From: Octopus vulgaris
Taxonomy: Eukaryota
Direction: 5' to 3'
NCBI GenBank assembly: GCA_951406725.2
Contig: OX597836.1
Span: 41,602,001 to 41,666,000 of the forward strand
DNA: 64,000 bases
Position numbers and translations under genes: made by a program. Below, piece after piece: positions 14,251 through 25,995 of the stretch. Position 1 is the first letter of the stretch, and every line of letters begins with the position of its first letter. The notes under the pieces were generated by a model. The model was not told where the DNA came from. It was given only the letters and a program-made list of their open reading frames with translations, and searched no databases.

Positions 14251-15351
14251 TAATCTTATCTTCACCAGACAGCCGATGGCGTTTTTCTTTTCATTTTATC
14301 AAATACTGACGGTGTGTGTGAATCTGTGTATCTGTATTTGTGTATTTCTATATCTGTGTATGTGTGCTTCTGTGAATGTTTGTGTGTTTCTAGGAATGCG
14401 TGTGCGCGTGTGTGTGTGTGTGTGTGTGAATGAGTGTATGTGCGTGTGTATTGGTCTTTTTATCTGTAAATGTGTGTATCTGTGAACATGCATGTGTGTG
14501 TGTGTGTGCGTGTGTGTATGAATGTGTCTGGGTGTATATGTAAACGTGTGTGTGTGTGTGTGTATCTGTGAACGTGCATGTGTGAGTGTGTCTCCGTGTC
14601 AATGTGTCTGTATATCTGTGAACGTGTGTGTGTGTATCTGTGAACATGCATGCATGCATGTGTGTGTGTGTGAGTGTGTCTCCGTGTCAATGTGTCTGGG
14701 TGTATCTGTGAACGTGTGTGTGTGTATCTGTGAATATGTATGTGTGAGTATGCGTGTATGTGTGAATGTTCATGTGTGCGTATGTTTGTGTGTGTGTCTG
14801 TGTGATTATATGTTCCTGTGTTTCTATGTATGTGTGTTCCTCTCTCTCTCTTTCTCCCTCTTTCTCTCTCTCTTTCTTTCTCTCTTTTCCCTCCCACTCT
14901 CTATCCTCCCCCTCTCACCTCCCCCCCACCATTTATGTGTGTATATGTATCAGTAGGTGTGTCACTCTCTGTATTACTCTGTATATGTGTGTCTGTGTCA
15001 TTCTGTGTGTGTATGTGTGTGTATCTGTGTATCTGTGTGTTTATTAGTGTGTGTGAGAGTCGGTGTATGCATGCGTCTGTATATCTGTATGTATGTGTGC
15101 GCATATGCCTCTGCGTATTTCGTGTGTGTATGAGTCTCTATATGTGGGAGCGTCTGTATGTATGAGTGTGTGCGTATGTGTATATGCGCGCGCGTGTGTG
15201 TGTGTGGTGGAGATAAGATTACAGTGGGAGGAGGAGGAAGGAAGAGAGAGATGTGAGGAGGAAGAGGAGGAGGAGGAGGCAGATGGGGAGGGTATAATGA
15301 GAAAGAGGAGTGAAGAAGAAGAACATTGGTATGTGCATATGTCTGTGCATG

Positions 15352-15395
<44 letters not shown>

Positions 15396-15507
15396 GTTTC
15401 TTGTCTTAACAACTGATGAAAAATGTCTAGAAACTCTCAGTTCTTGTATTCAAAACTCTGAGTTTCATTATGACAACTTACTGATTGTCCTATATATATA
15501 TAGGGGG

Positions 15508-15868
15508 GGAAGCACTCCGTCGGTTACGACGACGAGGGTTCCGGTTGATCCGAATCAATGGAACAGCCTGCTCGTGAAATTAACGTGTAAGTGGCTGAGC
15601 ACTCCACAGACACGTGCACCCTTAACGTAGTTCTCGGGGATATTCAGCGTGACACAGAGAATGACAAGGCCGGCCCTTTGAAACACAGGTACAACAGAAA
15701 CAGGAAGTAAGAGTGAGAGAAAGTTGTGGTGAAAGAGTACAGCAGGGATCATCCCCCCCCCTGCCGGAGCCTCGTGAAGTTTTAGGTATTTTCGCTCAAT
15801 AAACACTCACAACGCCCGTCTGGGAATCGAAACCGCGATCCTACGACCGCGAGTACACTGCCCTCCAC
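15508..15868 (-). mobile_element. tRNA-derived SINE (GTGGAGGCGCAATGG head family)
   Basis: B-box GTTTCGATTCCC and tail CGTCGTAACCGACGGAGTGCTTCC. Other copies: 46357-46724 (-, TSD CGCATATACATAT), 57900-58286 (-), 61576-61958 (+). Confidence 0.9.
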
Positions 15869-15911
<43 letters not shown>

Positions 15912-16064
15912 AGTAGTTGAATGAATTATCTTATTAAGGATAATCCGAAAGATAACCGATACCTGGGTAGCAAATTCACATCAGAAAGAACAATGTTGAA
16001 GCTACGTCCATAGGGCATAGACAACGTGTCTTCGTGCGGAAATTTGTATGTTTATTTTAAAAAT

Positions 16065-16394
16065 TATAAGTATATGAAAGAATGGAGTTGAACGACTAGT
16101 TAACAAATATCCTTTATTCTCGACATATGTTTCGAAGGTTGCATATTCCTAATTCCGAAGGAATAAGGAGTACATTATGCAGATTTCTCCTCATGGGCTC
16201 CTTGAGAGCGGTCAGCTAAAAGTTTTTTGTGCATTTTGATGTCGACATAAGTTCCTTGATTTTCCTGATGAGAAATCTGCATAATGTACTCCTTATTCCT
16301 TCGGAATTAGGAATATGCAGCCTTCGAAACATATGGCGAGAATAAAGGATATTTGTTAACTAGTCGTTCAACTCCATTCTTTCATATACTTATA
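16065..16394. repeat. ~130-bp inverted repeat carrying an HHR with extended stem II
   Basis: 16065-16193 is the reverse complement of 16264-16394. The HHR is at 16259-16343 (+). Confidence 0.8.
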
Positions 16395-16485
16395 TATATA
16401 TATATATATATCTCAGAATAAGCGCATAAATGCGAAACAGGGTGGAAAAAATAGTACTCGAATACCAGAGGTAGAGTAATGTACA

Positions 16486-16633
16486 TTATTAAAAAGCAGC
16501 AAAAATATCACAAAATCTGTTACTCATAGTTTCACGTTCCCGTTCGCCGGACAGTTTTGTTTGCCCGATGAACGGGAACGCGAAACTCTGAGTAACAGAT
16601 TTTGTGATATTTTTGCTGCTTTTTAATAAAGTA
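16486..16633. repeat. ~70-bp inverted repeat with minimal HHR
   Basis: CCGATGA-ACGggaaCGC-GAAAC-TCTGA-GTA-ACAG at 16564-16598, with an inverted partner at 16515-16554. Confidence 0.7.
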
Positions 16634-16784
16634 TGTATATATATATGTTTATATTTTTCATTCCTTTTGAAGATTGCTCTTAAATGTGGTTTTGGTCGTT
16701 TTGACTACTTCTTCTAGCGTGTAAAACCTGCCTGTTGTAGGCAGTTTTCTCTTGTGTTTAAATGTACACCATTTTATATTGTGC

Positions 16785-16836
<52 letters not shown>

Positions 16837-17420
16837 GTGTCTATATGTCCATGTTGTATTTTACATACACACACAGACGCACGCACATACCCACAGAGTA
16901 TTGGCTAAAATCTATAGATATATTCAGTGTCGTATTGAAAATGAAAAACATGGTAACGCACCAGCAGATTATTAGCCGAACTAATTGCAATGATGTGTGC
17001 TGTATGCAAATCAGTTTGCCTGATTCACTGGAGCCCATAATGATAGAGCATTTGAAAGCATTATCTCTGTGGACAGTTAAAGAGGGTGCTCAGTTGTGAA
17101 TGAAATCTCAACACAGGATTGAAACTATTTCGGCTGCTCCCTATTTTCCGATTCAGTTTGTATTGTATAGACCTGTGGTTCTGAACCAGGGTCCACTTGA
17201 TCCTTGGGGGTCCACATAAACTTTTGTTGTTAAAATTTATCTACAATAAACTGGGTATACTACTACGGTACACGAAATATGTTAATTTTTATACAGACTC
17301 CAATAATATTTAGAGAAAATAAAATAATTTCTTGAAATTACCTCATATCCATCGCCAGCATAAAGTAAGGTTGCAGTCTTTTATACTCGATTTTAACTAA
17401 TAAGACAGCAGCAACAACAA

Positions 17421-17790
17421 GTGGAGGCGCAATGGCCCAATGTTTAGGGCAGCGGACTCGCGGTTGTAGGATCGCAGTTTCGATCTCCAGACCGGGCATT
17501 GTGTGTGTTTATTGAGCGGAAACACCTAAAGCTCCACGAGGTGGAGACCCCTGTTGTACTCTTTCGCCCCCAACTTTCTCTCACTCTTTCTTCCTGTTTC
17601 TTGTCCCCGACTTCCTACGCAACCGCTGGGCCTGGATGCGCATTCATCCATCCGTCGATGCTCTCGGTGTCGGGGGTTGACCTGCTTTCTCTTCTGCGGG
17701 TCTTACGAATAGCAAAGGACCACGTTTCGGACTTCTCCCAAGAGGACGAAGACCGCTTCGCTCAACAGCAACAGCAGCAACAACAAGAAG
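17421..17790 (+). mobile_element. SINE head fused to the body of the 30535-31787 element (truncated)
   Basis: Same head-body junction, TTCCTGTTTCTTGTCCC(C)GACTTCCTACGC, as at ~31630 (-). Confidence 0.8.
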
Positions 17791-17799
17791 TAGATGCAC

Positions 17800-18270
17800 A
17801 ATGAATGGCCCAGTGATTAGGGCAGCGGACTCGCGGTCGTAAGAAATGCGGTTTCGATTCCCAAACCGGGCATTGTGAGTGTTTATTGAGCAAAAACACC
17901 TAAGCTCCACGAGGCTCCGGCGTGGGGTGGTGTGTGTGTGTGAATCCCGCTGCACTCTTTCACCACAACTTTCTTTCACTCTTTCTTCCTACTTCTGCCA
18001 CAAAGCAGATGAACCATGGTGTAAGCCGCTATGGTGTGGTAAACTTTCAGACCCTAGTCTAGATTGTACCCTGGATGGTTCTGCTCTCCACCCGTTAAAA
18101 GCCACCGTTTATGGAATGAGGATAACAACGTAGCTTTCGTGCCTGTGCGACCACCAGTCTATCGTGTGTGGGGTGGGTGGATCTTTAAGTTGCCACATGC
18201 AGTCTTAGTAGCTTAGAGTTGGTTCGAATTAGAGATTATCGTTTGTGGCAAATGGCGTGAGTCCTGATTG
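17800..18270 (+). mobile_element. SINE head plus distinct body running into (GAA)n
   Basis: TGGCCCAGTG A-box and GTTTCGATTCCC B-box, followed by a body unique within this window. Confidence 0.65.
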
Positions 18271-18276
18271 GAAGAA

Positions 18277-18323
<47 letters not shown>

Positions 18324-18999
18324 AGAAGAAGAAGAAGAAGAAGAAAAAGAAGAAGAAGAAGAAGAAGAAGAAGAAGAAGAAGAAGAAGAAGAAGAAGAAG
18401 AAGAAGAAGAAGAAGAATGAGGAGGAGGCGGAGGAGAAGAAGAAGAAGAAGAAGAAGAAGAAGAAGAAGAAGAAGAAGAAGAAGAAGAAGAAGAAGAAGA
18501 AGAAGAAGAAGAAGAAGAAGAAGAAGAAGAAGAAGAAAAAGGAGGAGGAGGAGAAGAAGAAGAAGAAGAAGAAGAAGAAGAAGAAGAAGAAGAAGAAGAA
18601 GAAGAAGAAGAAGAAGAAGAAGAAGAAGAAGAAGAAGAAGAAGAAGAAGAAGAAGAAGAAGAAGAAGAAGAAGAAGAAGAAAAAGAATGAGGAGGAGGCG
18701 GAGGAGAAGAAGAAGAAGAAGAAGAAGAAGAAGAAGGAGGAGGAGAAGAAGAAGAAGAAAAGAAGAAGAAGAAGAAGAAGAAGAAGAAGAAGAAGAAAGA
18801 AGAAGGAAGAAGAAGAAGAAGAAGAAGAAGAAGAAGAAGAAGAAGAAGAAGAAGAAGAAAAGAATAGGAGGAGGCGGAGGAGAAGAAGAAGAAGAAGAAG
18901 AAGAAAAGGAGGAGGAGAAGAAGAAGAAGAAAAGAAGAAGAAGAAGAAGAAGAAGAAGAAGAAGAAGAAGAAGAAGAAGAAGAAGAAGAAGAAGAAGAA

Positions 19000-19046
<47 letters not shown>

Positions 19047-19408
19047 AGAAGAAGAGAAGAAGAAGAAGAAGAAGAAGAAGAAGAAGAAGAAGAAGAAGAA
19101 GAAGAAGAAGAAAAGAATGAGGAGGAGGCGGAGGAGAAGAAGAAGAAGAAGAAGAAGAAAAGGAGGAGGAGAAGAAGAAGAAGAAAAGAAGAAGAAGAAG
19201 AAGAAGAAGAAGAAGAAGAAGAAAGAAGAAGAAGAAGAAGAAGAAGAAGAAGAAGAAGAAGAAGAAGAAAAGAATGAGGAGGAGGCGGAGGAGAAGAAGA
19301 AGAAGAAGAAGAAGAAGAAGAAGAAGGAGGAGGAGAAGAAGAAGAAGAAAGAAGAAGAAGAAGAAGAAGAAGAAGAAGAAGAAGAAGAAGAAGAAGAAGA
19401 AGAAGAAG
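18271..19408. repeat. ~1.1 kb (GAA)n with recurring AAAGAATGAGGAGGAGGCGGAGGA interruptions
   Basis: Directly visible. Confidence 0.95.
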
Positions 19409-20282
19409 ACAACAAAACTGGGGTGTGGCTTATACACGGCACAAAGCTAAGACTTACGACGGAAAAAAAATTCGTACCAAAATCTAACACGAAATTAGAA
19501 GTGCGTCTTATACACGAGTAAATGCAGTACCTTTAATTTAATGAGGTGTTTGGACCTGATTCTGAGAATCTAACTGCTGTGTATCTACTTCTATTTTCTT
19601 AAAGAACAAACCAAGCTCTCTTCTTCCACAGGTTTTTACAGAATTTTTCACTGTTAAGTGAGAATATGATTTACAACCTTAAAGTCTAATTCTCCAAGAC
19701 ATTAAGAACGGAATATTAACCGTAAATTGGATATCGTTTTTCACACAGTTGGATACAAAGCACATTTTCTTTTTTTTTTCCTGTTGTATTTTCCCATAAA
19801 TTTTACTAAGATCACTGTTGAAATTAAATTTGTGTTTTTTCATCATATTTCAGTTCTACAGGTTCTCCCTGACACGCATCATCGGCCACGGCGGCTTTAA
19901 ATGGATTCACTTGGTTCCATTCAAGTTCATAATATTGTTAATTGTTTTTTCATATCTAATTAGTTCTGTTGAGTGAGATGACTTTCAATCAATCTTCCTT
20001 TCGGGGTCAGACTATTTTTCATTGATGACAGCTCTGCCAACGGACGGAATTTCTGAATATTACAAGAAGAGAAGAAGAAGAAGAAGAGAGAAGAAGAAGA
20101 GAAGAAGAAGAAGAAGAAGAAGAAGAAGAAGAAGAGAGAGAGAAGAGAGAGAGAAGAAGAAGAAGAAGAAGAAGAAGAAGAAGAAAAGAGGAGATTTTTG
20201 AAGAAGAAGAAGAAGAAGAAGAAGAAGAAGAAGAAGAATCTGCGTTGGCCCCTTGGAGCTGATATCAATTTTATTGAGCTCC

Positions 20283-21253
20283 AACCCTTTCACTACCAAC
20301 CTGGCTGAAACCGGCTCTGGCTCCGAGTACAAATGTCTTGTTTCCATAAGTTTTTGAATTAAAATCTTCCACGAAACCTTAGTCACAATTTATGTTCCTA
20401 ACACCAGCTGAATGATAACTAAGTTATTTTACTAAATTCTTTGTTATATTTAACCCTTTTGATACCAACCCGGCTGAAACCGGCTCTGGCTCTGTAGTAC
20501 AAATGTCTTGTTTTCATAAGTTTTTGAATTAAAATCTTCCACGAAACCTTAGTCACAATTTATGTTCCTAACACTAGCTGAATGATAACTAAGTTATTTT
20601 ACTAAATTCTTTGTTATATTTCACCCTTTCACTACCAACCCGGCTGAAACCACCTCTGGCTCTGAGTACAAATGTCTTGTTTTCATAAGTTTTTGAGCTC
20701 CAAAACCCTTTCACTACCAACCTGGCTGAAACCGGCTCTGGCTCCGAGTACAAATGTCTTGTTTCCATAAGTTTTTGAATTAAAATCTTCCACGAAACCT
20801 TAGGTCACAGTTTATGTTCCTAACACCAGCTGAATGATAACTAAGTTATTTTACTAAATTCTTTGTTATATTTAACCCTTTTGATACCAACCCGGCTGAA
20901 ACCGGCTCTGGCTCCGAGTACAAATGTCTTGTTTTCATAAGTTTTTGAATTAAAATCTTCCACGAAACCTTAGTCACAATTTATGTTCCTAACACTAGCT
21001 GAATGATAACTAAGTTATTTTACTAAATTCTTTGTTATATTTCACCCTTTCACTACCAACCTGGCTGAAACCACCTCTGGCTCTGAGTACAAATGTCTTG
21101 TTTCCATAAGTTTTGAATTAAAATCTTCCACGAAACCTTAGCCACAAATACTGTTCCTAACACTAGCTGAATGATAACTAAATTATTTTAATAAATTCTG
21201 TTATATTTAAAGTAATTCAAAGAAACGCAAAATAAATAGAGTAACGAAAGGGG
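20283..21253 (+). repeat. ~170-bp tandem repeat from a piggyBac-like MITE
   Basis: Units start at ~20283, 20452, 20622 (partial), 20705, 20874 and 21044. They begin (TTAA)CCCTTT and the array ends GTAACGAAAGGG. Confidence 0.75.
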
Positions 21254-21374
21254 CCTTCTCTATATAGAGACTCCCAAATTCCTCTACCGCTAATATTCAC
21301 TGGTTCGAATTATTTCAGTTGTATATAAAATCGCTTTATCTATTATATAAATGATATTGTATGTGCTTCTGTAT

Positions 21375-21603
21375 ACTCTTTTACTCTCTTTTACTTGTTT
21401 CAGTCATTTGACTGCAGCCATGCTGGAGCACCGCCTTTAGTCGAGCAAATCGACCCGGGACTTATTCTTTTGTAAGCCCAGTACTTATTCTATCGGTCTC
21501 TTTTGCCGAACCGCTAAGTGACGGGGACGTAAACACACCAGCATCGGTTGTCAAGCAATGCTAGGGCGACAAACACAGACACACAAACACACACACATAC
21601 GCA

Positions 21604-21637
<34 letters not shown>

Positions 21638-21812
21638 TATACATATATACGACAGGCTTCTTTTCAGTTTCCGTCTACCAAATCCACTCACAAAGCATTG
21701 GTCGGCCCGGGGCTATAGCAGAAGACACTTGCCCAAGATGCCACGCGGTGGGACTGAACCCGGAACCATGTGGTTGGTAAGCAGGCTACTTACCACACAG
21801 CCACTCCTGCGG
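21375..21812 (-). mobile_element. tRNA-derived SINE (GCAGGAGTGGCTGTGTGG family)
   Basis: A/B boxes, internal (TA)/(TG) tract and GAGTAAAA tail. Copies near 8311, 21930, 32290, 45411, 49010, 49540, 53560, 56690, 58924 and 63935. Confidence 0.9.
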
Positions 21813-22504
21813 TTATGTACCAAAAGGCTCGGAAATAGTGCACCCCCTAGAAAAGTCAATTTGACTTTAGATGCCTTAAATTGTGGACAAGGTCCTACTT
21901 TGTTTTCGTTAAAAGAAGAAAAATAAAAGGTGGGGTTGTGCGGTAAGAAACTTGCTTCTCAACCACATGGTTCCGGGTTCAATCCAACTGCATAGCACTT
22001 TGGGTAAATGTCTTTAACTATAGCCTGGGGCCGACCAAAATTCTGTGACTGGATTTGGTTAGCGATAACTGAAACAAGTTCATCCTATACGTATACACAG
22101 TGGGGGACAAACACGGACACACACACACACACACACACATACGTATAAATCACGTCTGTATACGCACATACTCGCATGCACGTGCACACGCACACACATC
22201 TATATACGCACATACCCGCGCACACGCATACATCCACACACGCGCACAAAAGATTCCATATACACGTCTATATACGCATAGGGAAAATGCAGGATGGAAG
22301 GTAGAATACAGAAAAAATATGTGTAAAAAATATATGAGCAATAAACCTATAAAACTATATCTCTACAAATATGTAAAAAAAATATATGTATAAAAAATAT
22401 ATAGAAAATATAAGTAAAAAGTATAAAGAGATGAAAAGCTTGTACATGGACACAATATAGAAAGCAAGTCCTATCTGTAGTCTTGGGGGGGACCAAAAAC
22501 GTAA

Positions 22505-23090
22505 CAAATATTTAGCCACGTATGGGCATGACTCGAAAAGTTCAGTTCTTGAATTCAGACATGTAGCAGGGTCTCAGCTGCTTTTCCAGATGAGCCATCT
22601 TTCCCTATCACAAAGACCGCACTTTCCACTGCCGTTGGTGTAGGGCTTACACTTGGCTAATATCTTCCAATGGATGTTGTAACTGACACCTTTATCTTTT
22701 AAGGACCATATATGACTGGATAATTTGGTCGTTTTCCTTTTATCCCAGTGCCTAAAGCTCAATGTGTGATTATTGAACCCGGTCTTGAAATTACTCTCTG
22801 TAAGGCCCATGTATTTCTTCGTCAAAACCGTGTCCTTAGTGGATATATAGTCCACGGTGGCTTCATAAATGATGGAAACAGACATGCAAGCTCCATTTAG
22901 CGGGCACAGATTTTTATCCCTGCATGAACAGCTGGTTTCGTATTGTGGTTTTTGTGTGTTGCCTGCGATTATATTTTTAAAATTAGTAGTTGAGCTGAAA
23001 CCGATTTTAAAGTTATGTCTATTGGAGAGCTTTCTGTAACCATGGTTGACTGGAAAATGTCTGTCTATCAGTGCTAAGAAATTACTTGCC
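22505..23090 (-). pseudogene. Penelope-like element GIY-YIG endonuclease relic
   Basis: CSC..CPLNGAC, IIYEATV, YMGLTESNFK, NNH..SFR, CGLC..E and LNSRTELFESC, with an internal stop. Confidence 0.9.
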
Positions 23091-23128
23091 TCTATTGAAT
23101 GTCACCTCGGGTGAGTAGGGGTGTGTGA

Positions 23129-23214
<86 letters not shown>

Positions 23215-23215
<1 letters not shown>

Positions 23216-23493
23216 GAGTGAGAGAGCAGTGCATGCCATCAAAGTGATACTGGTGTAAAATATACGAAGCCAAGTATACCCATCATGACTACCTGTCTGA
23301 TAAGGGTACACCAGGCATATATAAACAGCACATGACCTTGCAGGTGAGGCCCAGTTAGAATTTTCTTCTGGTCGAGTAACCCATCCCGCTCAAAAGTTCC
23401 CTGAATAAGGATTGTTTAAGGATGTTGAACGAAACCCCCATGTTTCCAGAGGTGAATTATTCAAACCCCAAAGAATCCCTCTCAACACATGGC

Positions 23494-23495
<2 letters not shown>
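23215..23495 (-). mobile_element. Element embedded in (AAT)n, same family as 37172-37705
   Basis: Reverse complement of the 3' part of that element, with (TTA)n on both sides. Confidence 0.85.
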
Positions 23496-23576
<81 letters not shown>

Positions 23577-23608
23577 CATCATCATCATCATCATCATCAT
23601 CAACATCA

Positions 23609-23694
<86 letters not shown>

Positions 23695-23779
23695 TTCAGC
23701 CCAAGAGCTGCGGTCATACTGGGGCACCGCCGTTAGCTATGCTACATGTTCACTGCTTGAAATCACTTCCGACATGTAG

Positions 23780-24140
23780 CATTTGTTGAACGAGGGAGTT
23801 CGATGTAACTGCTCTCATCTGTTTTTTGCCTCAAGGTAGGCTCATCCGGAACTCTTGACGAGAAGAGGTCCAGTTTTGCTTTGGAGACGCTTACACCCGC
23901 CCCATTTAGGCCTCTCAGGCTTTTGAGAAGGACACAATAAAGCTGTTACAGCATCAACTTCTGTATCCTGATGACAATCTTAGGATCCTTGACAGTATGC
24001 AGCGGCGCCCCTGTTCTGCTTTTATGTAACTTTCAATGCTAAAGTTTGGTAAAATCCTTCTAGGATTTTCCAAATATATATATATTTGCATATCTTTTCC
24101 GCCTAAGTTCTAGGGAGCAGAGTGTTTTACAACCTCCCCC
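23780..24140 (-). pseudogene. CR1-like LINE 3' end relic
   Basis: Degenerate minus-strand translation SLELRRKRY..IWKILEG..KLDLF..VPDEP..SNSL resembles CR1 ORF2 C-termini. Confidence 0.55.
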
Positions 24141-24157
24141 AGTAGCTGACATGTCAT

Positions 24158-24530
24158 GCGGCGAGCTGGCAGAAACATTAGCACGCCGGGCGAAATGCGT
24201 AGCCGTATTTCGTCTGCCTTTCATCCTTTCGGGGTCGGTAATTTAAGTACCAGTTACGCACTGGGGTCGATGTAATCGACTTAATACCTATGTCTGTCCA
24301 TGTTTGTCCCCTCTATGTTTAGCCCCTTGTGGGTAATAAAGAAATAGGTATTTCGTCTGTCGTTACGTTCTGAGTTCAAATTCCGCCAAGGTTAACTTTG
24401 CCTTTCATCCTTTCGGGGTCGATAAATTAAGTACCAGTTTCGCACTGGGGGCGATATAATCGACTCAATCCCTTCGTCTGTCCTTGTTTGTTCCCTCTGT
24501 GTTTAGCCCCTTCTGGGCAGTAAAAGAAAT
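24158..24530 (+). mobile_element. tRNA SINE, same family as 6187-6601
   Basis: GCGGCGAGCTGGCAGAA head with duplicated body. Further copies at 56102-56682 (three bodies) and 57225-57605. Confidence 0.85.
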
Positions 24531-24840
24531 ATATACTAAGCTCAAAACTAAAATCGCTTTCCTAATACTAACCCTGAATTCACAGATAGTTCTTCCACTC
24601 AACATAAACCCAATAACTCTTTAAAAACATCCTACACATCGCATTCGGCAGCCCCACCGGGCACCTCGAACCTATAACAACTACAAGCCTCCCTCCTCGG
24701 ATCCACCCACTGCGACAACACACCCTAATCATTCTAAGGGCGGGAAGTGGGAGATCTTACGGTTTGCACCATCTTTCTCCTTCCAAGTTAAACCTCAACC
24801 TAAACTCTTTTTTAAAATCCTAAACTCTAAATTTCCACCA

Positions 24841-25361
24841 CAGTATAAATACTACCTATTTCTTTACTACCCACAAGGGGCTAAACACAGAGGGGACACG
24901 CAAGGACAGACGAACGGATTAAGTCAATTACATCGACCCCAGTGCGTAACTGGTACTTAATTTATCGACCCCGAAAGGATGAAAGGCAAAGTCGACCTCG
25001 GCGGAATTTGAACTCAGGACGTAACGGCAGCCGAAATACCGCAAAGCATTTTGTCCGGCGTGCTAACGTTTCTGCCAGCTTGCCGCCAGTATAAATACTA
25101 CCGCGAGTATATGAAGGCGGCGAGCTGGCAGAAACGTTAGCACGTCGGGCGAAATGCTTTGCGGTATTTCGGCTGCCGTTACGTCCTGAGTTCAAATTCC
25201 GCAGAGGTCGACTTTGCCTTTCATCCTTTCGGGGTCGATAAATTAAGTACCAGTTACGCACTGAGGTCGATATAATCGACTTAATCTGTGTGTCTGTCCT
25301 TGTTTGTCCCCTCTGTGTTTAGCCCCTTGTGGGCAGTAAAGAAATAAGTATAAATACTACC
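24841..25361. mobile_element. Head-to-head SINE pair with triplicated target site
   Basis: SINE 24857-25087 (-) and SINE 25115-25346 (+). AGTATAAATACTACC occurs at 24842, 25088 and 25347. Confidence 0.9.
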
Positions 25362-25550
25362 CTATCTTTAATAAATCATCTGTGAAAATCTCCTGCTTCA
25401 CCACACCTAATTTGGGATCCATAATCGCATCCTGTAACAGACCCAAACTTCAACGACAGTCCTTAGATCATCCAATCTCTCACACTGCACCCCAAATTAA
25501 TCCACCAAGTAGCAATAATACAACCCTCAGTAATCCCACTTGACTAAATA

Positions 25551-25975
25551 CAGGGTGTTTCAAAAACTTTGATATCATTTCGTAATCTAATAACTTAGCC
25601 AGTTCTTGTTGAAATGACTTCAAATTTTAACAGCATGTGTAGAAACAGGTTGAAATTTTATGTTTAATATTTGATATGTTTATCTTTTCATGCATAGAAA
25701 TGGCATTCACTGGAAGAGAAAAGGCGTTTTGTGTGTTGGAGTATGCTCGAACACAGTCGAACAAGACTGTGGAGCGTGCATTTCTGAGTGAGTTCACTAA
25801 AATGTCACCAACGGCAATGCAGATTTGGACATGGCACTAAAAATTCAAAGAGGAAGGCTGTCTGTGCAAGGCTAAAGGATCTGGCCGACCACTAGCATCG
25901 GAAGAGAGGTCGAGCGGGTTTGCCAAAAAACTCTCGTGAAGCCCTAAGAAGTCCATAAGAAGAAGGCTGGAAATT
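25551..25975 (+). mobile_element. Tc1/mariner left end with transposase N-terminus (pseudogene)
   Basis: TA|CAGGGTGTTTCAAAA terminus. From ATG 25700: MAFTGREKAFCVLEY..W..KFKEEG..KGSGRP, with a stop. Confidence 0.75.
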
Positions 25976-25995
25976 TCAAAATATTTCAAAATTAT

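Noticed and set aside
13157-19521. 300-425 aa poly-K/E/R/S/F ORFs
   Set aside because: They come from stop-free GAA/TTC tracts.
20283-21253. CRISPR-like array
   Set aside because: Whole units repeat without unique spacers, and the context is eukaryotic.
22574-22576. In-frame TGA as selenocysteine, as in Naiad PLEs
   Set aside because: It is not at a conserved Cys position and no SECIS was recognised. CGA>TGA decay is more likely.
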